A stretch of 64,000 bases of DNA from Oikopleura dioica (GCA_907165135.1 OU015569.1:992001-1056000), one strand, 5' to 3'. Numbered from the stretch's first letter, positions 1 through 12,395 are shown. Translations and numbers: made by a program. The notes: a model not told the origin generated them from the sequence alone.

Positions 1-1305
1 AATCGAAAATTATCTAAAAGGTCAGCAATCGAATTAAGCTATTTATTGACGAATGCTGGACATAGCTCTTTCTCAAGGGCGCTACTCTACCTCTTGAAGG
101 GCTCTTTTACCTAATAACAGAGTTAATAACAGTCGAAAGAAATTGATAATCAACTTCAGCCAAATCGACTTTGCTCGCAACCAGAAACGAAACTATTCAT
201 TAATCCGTTACACGCGAAAACTTTACAAGAGAAAATCAAACTCGAAAAAGTTACAAATCGCGAAAACTGTAATTTGCGCGATAACGCCTCGCCGATTGAG
301 GGTTCGTTAGTTGAGCCACTGGACCGCAGTTTTCGAAAAGTTGATCCACAAAAGGGGCCACTTTTCGTGTCTCTCATCATTTTCGCCCAGCAGTCATTAA
401 TACAGTCATGCGAGGGTAATCTACAGCCGCAGAAGTGCTCACAAGCTCATTCCGTTCCAAATGTGGTCAAATTCACGCGTCTGCCTCCGCCCAAAAACCT
501 CTCATTTCACAATCTTGCAGCTGAGCAGCGATAAAGCAGCGAGCGAGCTCGTTGAGTATAAACGCGCTAAAACGGCACTCTTTCTTCAAAGCGTAGAAAG
601 CTGATTTTCAGCGGGGAGAATTGGATTTTAAATTAAATATTTACCCTTTGTTATCCCTCTGATTATCTGTTGCCCAAGCTTGAGCTCACTTTTATGAAAT
701 GTTCCAAGGACATAAATAAATCTTCTTGCGGTCGCAGCGGATATCGCGAGACCTGTTTAAATTTGGCGGAGCTAATTTTCGCGAAAAAATTGGATAACAA
801 TTGACGGCCCTTTGAAGTTGTCTCTTCCAAAGAAGCTCTAGAATCTCTTGTTATTTTGAGATTCATGAAATTCAAAAAGCAAGAAATTAGTCAAAAAGAG
901 AGAACAAAAATCATCTCTAGAATCTCTAAAAATCACGTGATATTGACATGGGACCGGGCTTTATAAAGAAAGCGCTTTCCGAATTTTCCTCAGTTCGCTT
1001 TTCAGAGTGAATCGGACAAGTCCGACGCCGCAAAAATTTAGGTACGTATTCATGTTGAGTTTGTAGTAAGCTCACTACACACTATTTTAGTAGCTTGTTC
1101 TACAACTGCGTTGAGCAATCCCCTTCTTTGGAGAAAGCCGTGGAAATCCACAGCGCAGTGGATAATTTGTACTTCTTCAAAAAAGAAGATCACTCCTATG
1201 GAACCTGAATAAAATCAATTTTCTCACCCCAATTTAAAATCCAGATTATTGTTTTTTCAAAACTTTAATCTTTTGCTTGTCTCTCTCTTTCCGTTTATTG
1301 CAGGA

Positions 1306-1536
1306 CTGGGCCCGGCAACCTTTGTTAAAAGCCTGAATCAGGGTCTGAAAGAACTGAAATGAAAAGCCGCGTAGCGGCTTTTTTAAAAACAAAGCCGCGA
1401 AGCGGCTTCGCTAATATTACCGTTTTAATCTACTAAATCTTCAGGCGAAGCCGCGCTGCGGCTTCGTTTTTAAAAAAGCCGCGTAGCGGCTTTTACTTCA
1501 GTTCTTTCAGACCCTGACTCAGGTTGCCGAGCCCAG
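1306..1536. mobile_element. hAT-type palindromic MITE (CCTGASTCAGG family)
   Basis: TIRs CTGGGCCCGGCAACC / GGTTGCCGAGCCCAG; exact 8-bp TSD TTGCAGGA at 1298-1305 and 1537-1544; internal GCCGC-NNN-GCGGC hairpins; no ORF. Confidence 0.9.
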
Positions 1537-2099
1537 TTGCAGGATGCAGGTTTATTCGCTTTTGATTCAGTAACTACAGTAGTTGCGGGTTCTGTTTTCT
1601 GCATAAACATGGAGTAGTCTACGAATATGCGCCTGTAATTATCGCCTGTATACAAAGTGTCAGTAAGCAAGCAAGCAGTGAGTTTAGAGCTGCGGCTAAT
1701 GAAATTCGTAGAAAACGCCAAGAGAGGCTTTTCGCATTCTTTCCGGCAAAAGCAACTGTAATACGTGTTTTGACACGGTTTTGTAAATTCGAAACCGCCC
1801 AACGTGAACGCTGGTTAGTTACCATTCTCGGGCGCTAATTTATTTTCCCCAAGCAACAAGTGGCACCACGACAGAACGCGCTGATCCACTCAAAGACATT
1901 CTGTATTATTCTTTTTTATTATGATTCCAGAGCTAACATATTTATAACCAAGTAGTCGCGAAAGAGTGAGCATGTTTCTTTTATTGATCTGATTCGTTCG
2001 TGCCTGGTGGATAATCGCCAAACTTTCCCTATTTCACGTAGTTCAATAACAACTATTTATAATTATTGGATCTAGAATGATAGAACTGTGGTCTGGACT

Positions 2100-2580
2100 A
2101 AACAACCTGTATAGAAAACCTGAGTCAGGGTCAGGAAAGATTGGCTTTTTTAATCGTTCACTTTCAAAATCCTGACTCAGGTTTTTACACAGGTTGCTGA
2201 GCGAAAGAAATTGAATGAAAAGAGGCACCACAGTCTGGGCTCGGCAAACTGTGTAGGACCCCTGAGTCAGGGTCCGAAAGAGCTGAAATGAAAAGCCGCG
2301 TAGTCGCGAATATTAACATTACAATCTATAAAAAAATTCTAGCGAAGCCGCTTTGCGGCTCTGTTTATAAAAAAGCCGCTACGCGGCTTTTCATTTCTGC
2401 TCTTTCAGACCCTGACTCAGGTTTTCTACACAGTTTGCCAAGCCCAGACTGTGGTGCCTCTTTTCATTCAATTTATTTCGCTCAGCAACCTGTGTAAAAA
2501 CCTGAGTTAGGATTTTGAAAGTGAACGATTAAAAAAGCCATCTTTCATGACCCTGACTCAGGTTTTCTACACAGGTTAGC
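2100..2580. mobile_element. Compound palindrome of CCTGASTCAGG-family MITEs
   Basis: Central MITE 2235-2447 flanked by ~135-bp arms that are reverse complements of each other; each arm contains a shorter copy of the same family. Confidence 0.8.
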
Positions 2581-3541
2581 GAGAGGATATCCATAGAAAG
2601 AAGAAATGGATGAACGGGGTCTCCGTGGGCTTGATTTAAAACTACTGCCTTGTGGGCGTCTCTGTAGAGAGGATGGAGGATTGGATTCGTGTGAATGATC
2701 TGTTCGCTGGGCTTTAGCGGCGCGAATTGAGCGATTTAGTGAATTGATGAAAATAAGCGCTAAAGCCCGTGCGTATTCGTCGCAAACGTAGCACCAGAAC
2801 GACAAATCAGATAATGACTGAACGGGCTGATATTCATGACGAGGAACTTCTTTATTTAGCGTTTAGACACCGCGACTACATATACGCGATCGAATCGAAT
2901 TTGACGCGCTTTTTGGATCTTCGAACTTTCAAAGCCCAAGGAATGGCAAATCAAATCAAGCCCTCAAAATCTAATATAGGCGCAGCGATTCGGGCTGCCT
3001 CTAATTTAGAAATGAATGAGCTGTTTTCATAGCCCTTAATATTGGATTATGTTTCGCGGGCTCAAGAAAAACAAACGCGTTCATAATTCCGCCAAATATT
3101 ATTCAACTGAAAAATCTGTTCTTCTTAGCGGAGAGTATTGCCACGTGCTAGATTTGCGATCGTAACGTGCGCGTTTCTGACAAGATAACTTCTATTTTGT
3201 CAGATATCGACAATACGACGTCCGAGTCTACAAGATCTAAATGCGTTACGTGATCGAAAGTGGCCCTTTGATTTCCCCAAAGTGGCCTATTATCGCCGCA
3301 CTCCTCGATTTACGCAATCTATTGCAGTGCATAAGTGCGCCGGCGGTAAATTTTCATTAAAAAGTCAAGAGCCCGCTAACAAGGATTAACAAGCATATTC
3401 GCCAAATTCTCGCCCTCCTGCACATGTCTGTCCAGAAAAAAAAGAGTGAATAAAGAGCCCTTCCAAAGCCACTAGATGGTATTTCTCCATTGAGTGGTCC
3501 ACCATGTGGCGGTTGATGAATCTGTACGCGGTTCTTCCTCG

Positions 3542-3719
3542 GTAGTAGGGGGTTATCATTCGAGCTGCCCCTAACCCTAACCCCCGGAACCCCCTCACGT
3601 AAGGCCTAATGCAGGGGCTTCGCCTCCCAATACCCCCTTAAGAGTTCCCAGACCCTAACCCTAACCACTGGCCCAGATTCTAGAGATATTGGATGGCTCG
3701 AACGATAACCCCTCTCTAC
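3542..3719. mobile_element. Small TIR element with CCCTAA (telomere-type) hexamers
   Basis: Inverted ends AGGGGGTTATCATTCGAGC / GCTCGAACGATAACCCCT; two (CCCTAA)2 blocks; near-identical truncated copy at 61559-61726. Confidence 0.75.
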
Positions 3720-4460
3720 GCCTCCCTCTCTCTCCCTTCTCCTGTAGTTGTTTTTTCATTACTTTAAAGTTGAACCGATCCTGCCGCAGAAGCAATCCCC
3801 ACAAGCTAAGCAAATCCAGTTCTCCTCCTCGTGACCGCTAAAAAAAGAACACTGTGAGATGCAGTAAAATAAGCAAAAGGTGATAACAAAACCAGTCCAG
3901 GGCTGGCCCTCTTTCATCCTTGCGCCCTCACTTCAAATGTCGCCCGTCTATGAGCTCAACCAGATTCGTGAGAATTCACTTTTCTTTTTCCAATTAAGAA
4001 TTTTCATTTAAAAGTTTACATAAATCAGCAATTAATTAATTTAATAGTTCAATTATTTCTGACAGGTCGAGACATAATCCTGGAACTTTAAAATGTGGCG
4101 AAACAAGCAATAAAGTCGACATTTAGACGTGTTATTATCCACTCAAAAGACTTAATTAATTAGCAAATTGGCGCTAGGCTCACTTTAATCATAACACGCA
4201 GAAACGCATGTACGAGCGGAGTTTTTAATGGAGAAAACACAGAAAGCACGCGTTCCTTTCAAAAGCGAAGCCCAAGATGATACTTGAGTAATTGGCTTAG
4301 CATTTCGGAGCATCACAACGTGAACTTGATGAGTCGGCTCTAATCCATTAGCGTGTTCCCGGACAACACTCGTACATCACTCGGGTGAGCTGCGTTCTTT
4401 TTTTAGAGAACGCGCATCTTTTCATTTTTTCAATAGGGGCCCCTCGATTCTAGCTTTAGC

Positions 4461-4720
4461 CAGGGCTCGGCAACCTAAGTAGAAAACCTGAGTCAGGCTC
4501 TGGCGTAGCGGCTTTTTTAAAGCGGCTTCGCAAATAAACCTGGCGACGCCACTTTGCGGCTTCTTTTTTAAAAAAAGCCGCTACGCGGCTTTTCATTTTA
4601 GCTCTTCCTGAGCCTGACTCAGGTTTTCTACTCAGGTTGCCGAGCCCAGGTAACCTGTGTAGCAATCCCTGTATCAGGGTCTGGAACGATCTTTAATGAA
4701 AAGCCGCACAGCGGCTACTA
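4461..4720. mobile_element. CCTGASTCAGG-family MITE (4461-4649) abutting a partial copy
   Basis: TIRs CAGGGCTCGGCAACC / GGTTGCCGAGCCCAG; same internal motifs as 1306-1536; no TSD found; degenerate left-arm copy at 4650-4720. Confidence 0.75.
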
Positions 4721-6289
4721 AAAAAATGAGTCCGCTCTTCGATATAAGAGATTTCTGCTCCGATTAAAATTTATGGCTAAAATTATATTGAAATTATTTT
4801 CTCGCTCCTTGGCCCTTTGAAAGAGCTGTTCAAAGAATGAAAAGATTATTGAAAAACGTGATTCGAAATGATTGCTTTCGAAAGGGCTTTTAGATGATCG
4901 GCGCGTCGATCTGGCAGAAAAGCACTTTTTGAAATGAGTTTTTCTTTTTGGTGGAAGGTCATTTTATTATTGCCAAACAGAAAATTACAACTCGAAGAGC
5001 ATTATTGACAAGAGCGCAAATGGCAGAAGAAGAAACAACAAACGACTCCTTACAAGGCGGCGGCTCGGCACTAGCTTAGACTCTTTGACGGTTATCTAAA
5101 ATTAGAAAATATTTATAAACTGCTGGGCAGCGGAATTGAACAGAAGCCGAGCCCCGGGAAAAGTGTTGTTGCTTCTCATGCAGGCGAAGGATTTTCCCAT
5201 TCTGGAAATTTAAATTTCACTTTTAGCGGAATGGGAGTCACCAGCGCCGTCTTGCGGGGTCCCCGCATAACTGAAAACTGTAATAATGAAACACGTTCTT
5301 GATTAATGAAACATGTATTACCCAAACCGTTATAAAAAATTTATGTATTTTCCAAACATGTACTAACCAAACAAAAAATCAATTTTCGAGTAAATACATG
5401 TTTGGCTAATCAATGTTTTCGAAAATTTTAAACTCGATTTTTCGCCCGAATTTAATTTTTTTTTGAATGGGCCGCGCAGCGGCCCATTCCAAATCGATCC
5501 AGATATCCTGTTTTTACTCGAAATCCCCCTTTTTTACAAATTTCTATTTTCTTATCTACAATATATTTTCCTATTTTTTTTATATAATGGGCGCGGAGCG
5601 CCCAATTTCCAAATTCTGTACGAATTCGAAAATTCTAATTCAAATTAACTACTTTCTAATCCCTACTCTATTTTCCTATTTTCTATATATAATGGGCGCG
5701 GAGCGCCCAATTCCCAAATTCAACAAATTTGAGGGGTCATTATTTCGGTAGCTAGGGGCGGGGCGGGGGAGATTTTACCTACCGACCTTCTGATGAGACC
5801 TATAGGGTTTTTACTGATTTTCCAGAAACCCCTGTATTTGTCCGAAAACCTATATAATATGCGAAATTTATAATGTCATTATTTTGGAAGCTAGGGGTGG
5901 GGCGGGGGAGATTTTACCTACCGACCTTTTGATGACACCTATTGTCTTTTTACTGATTTTCCGGAAACCCCTGTATTTGCCCGAATGTATTTTATATTAT
6001 ATTATACTCAAATTTATAATTTGAAATTGATCATTATCTATCTATGCCATGTACTGGAATTATGGCAGTAATATCTTTTGCGTGTCATGTTTGGCCATTC
6101 AAAAAAAAATTAAAAAGGGAATTTTCATTAATTTGGGCCCAAAAACGTCATTTAATTTATCTGTACGAGCAAAACTATTGATTAGCCAAACATGTAATAG
6201 CCAAAATTCTCGACATTGAAAAAATCAACCCACGACCCCCGGAAAAATTTTTTTTTTTTTTTATTGGAATGCCAAAGATGCTTCTCTAA

Positions 6290-6460
6290 CAAATCTTTGA
6301 CTTCTACCCAACCAATTTCGTCGTCGATCTCAACGGGAAAAATTCGAATGGACGGGAGTCACCCTTCCACCATTCTTGGATGATGCTCGGCTACTGAAAA
6401 CCTTAGCGACTGTTAGTTCCAATTTGACAGAAGATGGAAAAACGGACTTGGAGAGCAAAA
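6290..6460 (+). pseudogene. XRN2: Captured 5'-3' exoribonuclease (XRN2-like) fragment, copy 1
   Basis: Translates (one -1 shift in an A-run) FDFYPTNFVVDLNGK-KFEWTGVTLPPFLDDARLLKTLATVSSNLTEDGK, matching the XRN motif FYPxDFxxDLNGKKxxWQGVxLLPFxDExRL. Confidence 0.75.
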
Positions 6461-6685
6461 GCTTTTTATTATACTATTCATTCCAGATTTCATACATTAA
6501 CTCGAAATTCCCTATTTATAAATTTCAATTTTTCTAATAAACAATATATTTTCCTATTTATGATATATAATGGTCGCGGAGCGACCAATTTTAAATTCTG
6601 TACCAATCTGAACGATTCTAATTTAAATTTCGTATTTTTCTAACCAATTAATATTTTCCTATTTATTATATACAATGGTCGCGGA

Positions 6686-9330
6686 TTGGAGCTCTTCGTC
6701 GACAATCTCCAACCAGACTTCTTGCAAGAGAAGATTCGACCTGTTCGGCCTCAAATGATGCGAGCACTGTGGGACATCATCAATCGCGATGATATCATTC
6801 GATCAAGCAAGGAGAGGGAAAACTGTTGCACAGCAGCATTCTGAATTCTCGGAAAATTCGGTGGTGAGAGCAGGAGCTCGTTGTGAGAAGCCCCTCAATT
6901 GGAATGGGTAGAGTTCAACAAGGCCTTTTCGCAAATCATGGTGATGGAGTTCAACGATGTCAAGATGGAAATTCCTCTTGAAAAATTAATTTACAGTCTT
7001 CACTGAAGACTCTTCAGTTTGAAGATTCTTCGATCTCCGATGTAGCTCGATTCCACATTGAGACGTTGATCCGCCACTTAGTCATTGTTAATTGCGGTTT
7101 TTACGTATCTCCAATGAGTGAGCTTCCGTTGATGAATTATCAGAACAGCAAGATGGTCTACATTGTCGAAGCGATCGTGAATACATTTGAGCTCCAGGAG
7201 TGTAACATCGATGTCATTTCCTCAGCTGTGTTTAGTAAAAGTTGCTTATGAAACTACTACTTTGCTGCTTGAAAATGGAGTCAAAGTCACCAAGCTCCTA
7301 TTTTTCGTCCTCATCGCCCGCGAGCTCCACCAAGTCTGCTACGAGCGTAGCTGGTACATCAAGTCCGCTGCTAGAAACGCCATTGAAAAGCTTCTCGAGT
7401 ACTTCCCCTGACATGGGTCTACGAGCACAGCTTACCATTCTACAAACGATTTTGAGTTGGTCACTCACGCATGTGAATCGCGGTACAATGCGCTTTTGTA
7501 CATTTTGGAAAACGAAGTTTCTTTTTCAGCCGTCGAGCTGACGCATGCTACTCTTTGGAAACTCATCCAGCGCGTTTTTCTTGACAATTCGAAAAACATC
7601 AACCCTCAAGATATAAAGTTGGTCAGAGAATCGCTTCTGAAGGCGATGGTTAATGATATCATTTCTCCTTTCGAAATTGTCCGTGATTTCTCGCAGAAGA
7701 CTCTCCAGCGAATCGCTAAAGAAGCCGGAAAAGACACTTCTGAAATCATTCTTAAAATCGTCGGCAAATATAAAACTATTCTTGAAATTCCACCTTTCCA
7801 GTTTCCGTCAAAAGGAAAACTTGGAAACATGAACTTCAAGGCAATTCCAATCCAGATTGGCATTTTGAACGGTTCTGCCTTTTGCCTCGGCCTGGACCCT
7901 CCTGTATTTGCTTACAGTCCTGAGCCTACTGCTGAATGCCATACCTTCCTTGTCGAAACGTTTAAGATCATGTCCGCCGATGAAAAATATATAAACCGGC
8001 ACTGTTACAAAAAGTGAATGATCAAGAACGAGCATAGCTATGAAAATTCCCTGACTCCGCTCAGAATTGAAGCTATGCGTGTCATGTCCCACTGCTGCAA
8101 CATCAAAAAGCTCAGAGAAGACATCTTCTCCGCACTTTAAAAACATGACGAAGCTGAAAGAAAAGAAAAAGGATGAAGAGCTGATAAAAAGTGCCGAGCT
8201 GTGCTCAGAGTTGCAAATTTGCTGAGCTGAGTGAGCTGAGCTGGCTGAGTGAGCTAAGCAGTCGCTCAGCTCAGCTCAGCTCACTGATTTTCGAAAATGA
8301 ATTTATCTGCTCAGCTCAGCTCAGCTCATACAATTATCACTCAGCTCAGCTCAGCTCAGCTCAGCTCAATTATTCTCGAAAATGATCTGTTCTGCTCAGC
8401 TCAGCTCAGCTCAGAAAAGTATCATTCAGCTCAGCTCAGCTCAGCTCAATGATTTTAACACAATTTTACTACTAAAAACAGTAAAAAAACAGCTCAACCC
8501 AGCTCACTCAGCTCAGCTCAGCTCTAATTGGGGTCTGCTCAGCTCAGCTCAGCTCAACTACCTTAAGAAAAGGTCTGCTCAGCTCAGCTCAGCTCAATGA
8601 CCTCTGAAAATGGCCAGCTCAGCTCAGCTCAGCTGAGTGAGCTCCGAAATAGGCCAGCTCAGCTCAGCTCAGCTCAGAGAATTTCTCACTCAGGGCAGCT
8701 CAGCTCAGCTCAGCAAAAATAAAGCCAAATTTGCAACTCTGGCTGTGCTAAGAATTCTTTCTTGAAAAAACAATGGGGAAGAAAGCGACCGAGATAACGA
8801 TGGATTCCATCCACAGCGAATTGAAGCCGATTCTTGAGAAGATAACGCCAAGATCATGTCCTCGATTTGAAGATATGGATTGTTACGTGATTGAGAGACT
8901 AGCGATTCTCAGTCGATTGTTGCCGAAAACACTCAAGTTGTATGATCGATTTGCGACGCATTTCAGGAAAAAGATCAAATTTAATAGAACAATAGTATTT
9001 CAAGCTGATATTTTAATGATCTTATCTAAGGGAAACCCTAAAGCGCATTGTCGAGACCGTCCATCAAAGTCGTTCGCCTACCGATCTGCTGAAAATGGCC
9101 GTAGCAACTGCGTAAGTCTTCCCACTTGGCTAAAGCTGGTATGGAGATCGAACCAACCCGGCCACTGAGGTAAGAGAAGATGACACGAATGTGTTCAATT
9201 TCTTTTTTAGTGCTCGAGCTGCTTTTTTCATCCCTGGAAGAATTCTTTCGACACCGGAAATGTCTCCAATACCAACTGGTCTAGACAAACACCACAATTC
9301 CGTGTAGGTAGGGATTGAACGCAAATCAGC
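6686..9330 (+). pseudogene. TRRAP: Captured internal fragment of TRRAP/Tra1 (HEAT region), disabled
   Basis: Motifs LELFVDNLQPDFL, MMRALW, ILGKFGG, CYERSWY, LTWVYE, EITMDSIHSELKPIL, VIERLAILSRLLP in TRRAP order; stops, frameshifts and a MITE insertion at 8206-8741; no N- or C-terminus. Confidence 0.8.
8206..8741. mobile_element. hAT-type MITE with (AGCTC)n arrays
   Basis: TIR CAGAGTTGCAAATTT / AAATTTGCAACTCTG; exact 8-bp TSD GCTGTGCT (8198-8205, 8742-8749). Confidence 0.9.
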
Positions 9331-9649
9331 ATCGGGGAACCCAAAATTTTTTTTCAGAACTTATGAAATTAAAAGGGGCTAAAATTGGAATTTGGGCGTT
9401 AAAAACGTGCTAAAAATTTTGAAAATTATTGATAAGCCAAACATGTAATAGCCAAAATTTTCGCGCGTGAAAAAAAAAATCAACCCACGACCCTCGAAAA
9501 AAAAATTTTTTTTTTTGCATTTTATCTAAATTATAATTATCATTTATATTAAAGAGGATATTTAAAGTGCATTTTTGGCCTTAATATACGCGCTTTATTA
9601 CATGAAAAGTATCGGTCGAATGAAAAACGCGATTTTGTGGGATGCCTTT

Positions 9650-12395
9650 GTTAATAAGATGTCTAATCGTCGGTTCAGGCACTACCATCAATACATCACT
9701 GAGTCCGACAATCTTGGCATTTCTTGGTGAAGCATCTTCTGAATGGCCCCAAATTCGTAAAACTATCGTCAAAGACGGATTCATTGGCAGTATTGTCAAT
9801 TTTGACTCTGAGCTGTTTCCAGACAAGACGAGAAAGACTTTGCAATCAAACTTCCTCAATAATCCTGAGTACAGCTTCGAAAAAATCAACAAGGCATCCA
9901 AAGCTTGTGGACCTCTCGTCAAGTGGGCATCCACACACGTTAACTACTCGGACATGTTGAAGAAAGTCGATCCATTGCGTCAAGAACTGAAATCGCTCAT
10001 GAACGAGACCGAGCAAAGTAAAAAAGAGTCAGCGGATATGTGAGCGCTCATCGCTGAACTTCTCACAAAGATCGAGGAGTACAAGAAAGAATTCGCTGCC
10101 TTAAGGATATAGCCTATGAAATTGAACTTTTATAGCGCCTAAATGCGACGTCGGATCATCTTATTTCAAAAATAATCTTATCTAAAAATGTATGAAGAAC
10201 TCGATTCTGGTACTTGTTTAAAAATTTTCATTAGAATTTTTCCCTTTAGAGCGTTTTGAAATCTTACGATCGCGATTTCTCGAAATCTTTACATTAAATC
10301 GGTCGAGTTTTTTTGATAGAAAAGTAATCTAGACCCTTATCTACAATATTGTGGCTTCGGTTTTCTCTTATCCCGACAAAAACCGACTTTAGAGTCATTT
10401 CCATGAGGCTTCCTCAGCGCGCGAATAGTGTAAAAAGCGCTGCGCTGGGTGCTCAATCTCTCGATTCCTCTTTCCCGAGAGAGTCTGCGCGTTTGAAAGT
10501 GCGCTCTGATTGGTTGGACCGAAAAAAGCGCGCATGGAAGAAAAACAGGAGCAAGAAAGAGGAAAACACTAGAATCAAAATTTGGCCCAGTTTGAGAATT
10601 CTTCAGCCACAATATTCTAGTTTAGCATTTTGTCAATGCAGTTATTGGTTTATTTTTAGCGATTTAATGTAAATATTTCGAGAAATCGCGATCGTAAGAT
10701 TTTAAAACGCTCTAAAGAGAAAAATTCTAATGAAAATTTTTAAACAAGTACTAGAATCGAGTTCTGCGTACATTTTGAGATAGGATTGTCTTTGAAATAA
10801 AATGATTCGACGTCGCATTTAGGCGCTATGAAAGTTCAATTTCATAGGCTATATCCTTAATCGCGAAAGCAGAAGCGATCAAGGCTGAGATGCAAAATGT
10901 CGAATCAAAGGTCAATCGATCCGAAGGTCTTCTCGCGAATCTTGGTTCCGAGCGTGAGCGTTGGCAAGAGTCATCAACTAACTTCCAGGCTCAGATGTCC
11001 ACTCTTCCGGGAGATTGTCTTCTCTCCACCGCTTTCGAATCTTACGCTGCTTACTTTGACCAAGAAATGCGAGCCAACCTTGAAAGTGCTAGGGAAGACC
11101 GTCCTCTGGAAGCTGAGATCACATTCCGCGAGACTCTGTCACAGTCAGAATATCTCTCAACCGTGGATAAGCTTGCCAGTTGATGATCTTTGTATTGAAA
11201 ATGCGATCATGTTGGAGCGATACAACCGATATACTCTTATCCGGACAAGCGACTGGCTACATCAAAACGCAATATGCCGACAACAAGATCGTGTCAACTT
11301 CATGTGATTCGGAAACCCTATCCTGGTTCACGATGCAGAATCCTATGATCCGATTCTGAACCCGGTTTTGAACCGCTAAGTTCGCAAATCTGGTGGACGT
11401 GTTTTGATTACCATCGGTGATCAAGACATTGATCTTTCTCCAAACTTCAAGATTTTCCTCGCAACTCGTGATACGACTCATGAATTCTCTGCGTCTCTTT
11501 GCTCGCGTGACACTATGGTCAACTAAGCCGTCACTCGAAGCTCGCTTATGAGCCAGTGCTTGAGCTCCGTTTTACGTGCTGAGAGGCCTGATGTCGACGC
11601 AAAAGAAATGACACGCTTAAGCTTCAAGAAGAATATCAGCTACGAACTCGCCAGCTCGAACAACAGCTTCTTTCGACTCTCAACGATGTCAAAGGAAAAA
11701 TCCTGAACGACGATAAGGTCATCACTGCTCTTAAAACACTCAAGAAGGAGGCTAAGGTAATCGCTCAAAAGGCTTCCGAAACAAAAGATGTAATGAACGA
11801 AATCGAGCGAGAATCTGCTACTTATCAGCCTCTCTCAACCGCCTGCTTGTCCATTTTCTTTATACTTGACTCGCTACATTATATCAACAGGCTTTACCAA
11901 TTCAGCCTCAATTTCTTTGATATTTTCAACTCCGCCATCGCTGATGGGCCTGCGGAAGCTACTGACAAGGCCGAGCGACTGGACAAAATCGTCAAATTCC
12001 TTGTCATGGCTACATATCTGCGAGCTTCTCGATCTTTGCTCCACCAGAATCGTATCTGTCTCGGCCTCCTTCTCGCCAAGATTGAGTTTTTACTTTACCA
12101 AAACAACATCGCGCTGCCAGAACTCAATCATGTCTTACAAAATCAAGACATTCTCGTCAAGCCAAACGAAATCGCCGCTTGTGGATTCGATGATAGCTTC
12201 ACGGAGCAGCAGAAAGAAAATTGCATTCGTCATCAGAGACGAGTGAAGCATTTTGGCAACTTGGATTCGGCAATCTCAAGCAACCTTGCGGCAATCAAAT
12301 CATGGATGAATAATAAGAGTACAGAGCTTCCAAGTCTTTACGACTCGTCTAACGACTCTCCAGTTTGGCAAGCGGCTCACCTTCTTCTACTGTAA
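9650..12395 (+). pseudogene. DYNC1H1: Captured fragment of cytoplasmic dynein 1 heavy chain (stalk to AAA5/AAA6 region), disabled
   Basis: [84 protein letters not shown] are collinear with DYNC1H1; in-frame stops, small deletions and a TTAA MITE insertion. Confidence 0.9.
10105..10856. mobile_element. TTAA-specific MITE with GG termini (Kolobok-like)
   Basis: TTAA at 10101-10104 and 10857-10860; ~195-bp TIRs starting GGATATAGCCTATGAAATTGAAC; removal restores dynein frame EFAALIAKAEAIKAEM. Confidence 0.9.

Noticed and set aside
3542-3560. GTAG start plus GC hairpins recalling bacterial REP/RAYT elements
   Set aside because: Four-base similarity only; no HUH transposase in the window; inverted ends fit an ordinary eukaryotic MITE.
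4720-4750. Weak resemblance (TGAGTCCG...TTCGAT) to the Oikopleura spliced-leader sequence
   Set aside because: Too short and mismatched, with no donor site, Sm site or adjacent 5S gene.
5100-5255. Possible host exon with a GC-AG intron interrupted by the Pack element (continuing at 13927)
   Set aside because: The rejoined sequence gives only short open frames with no recognisable homology.
8191-8600. SAQLS-repeat ORFs and a CRISPR-like look of the regular repeats
   Set aside because: They are translations of the (AGCTC)n array inside a TSD-flanked MITE; no constant repeat-spacer periodicity, no cas genes, eukaryotic context.
6686-12395. Functional TRRAP or dynein genes broken only by sequencing error
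   Set aside because: Only internal slices of much longer proteins are present, with true stop codons, multi-codon deletions and MITE insertions, and no continuation outside the TIRs.
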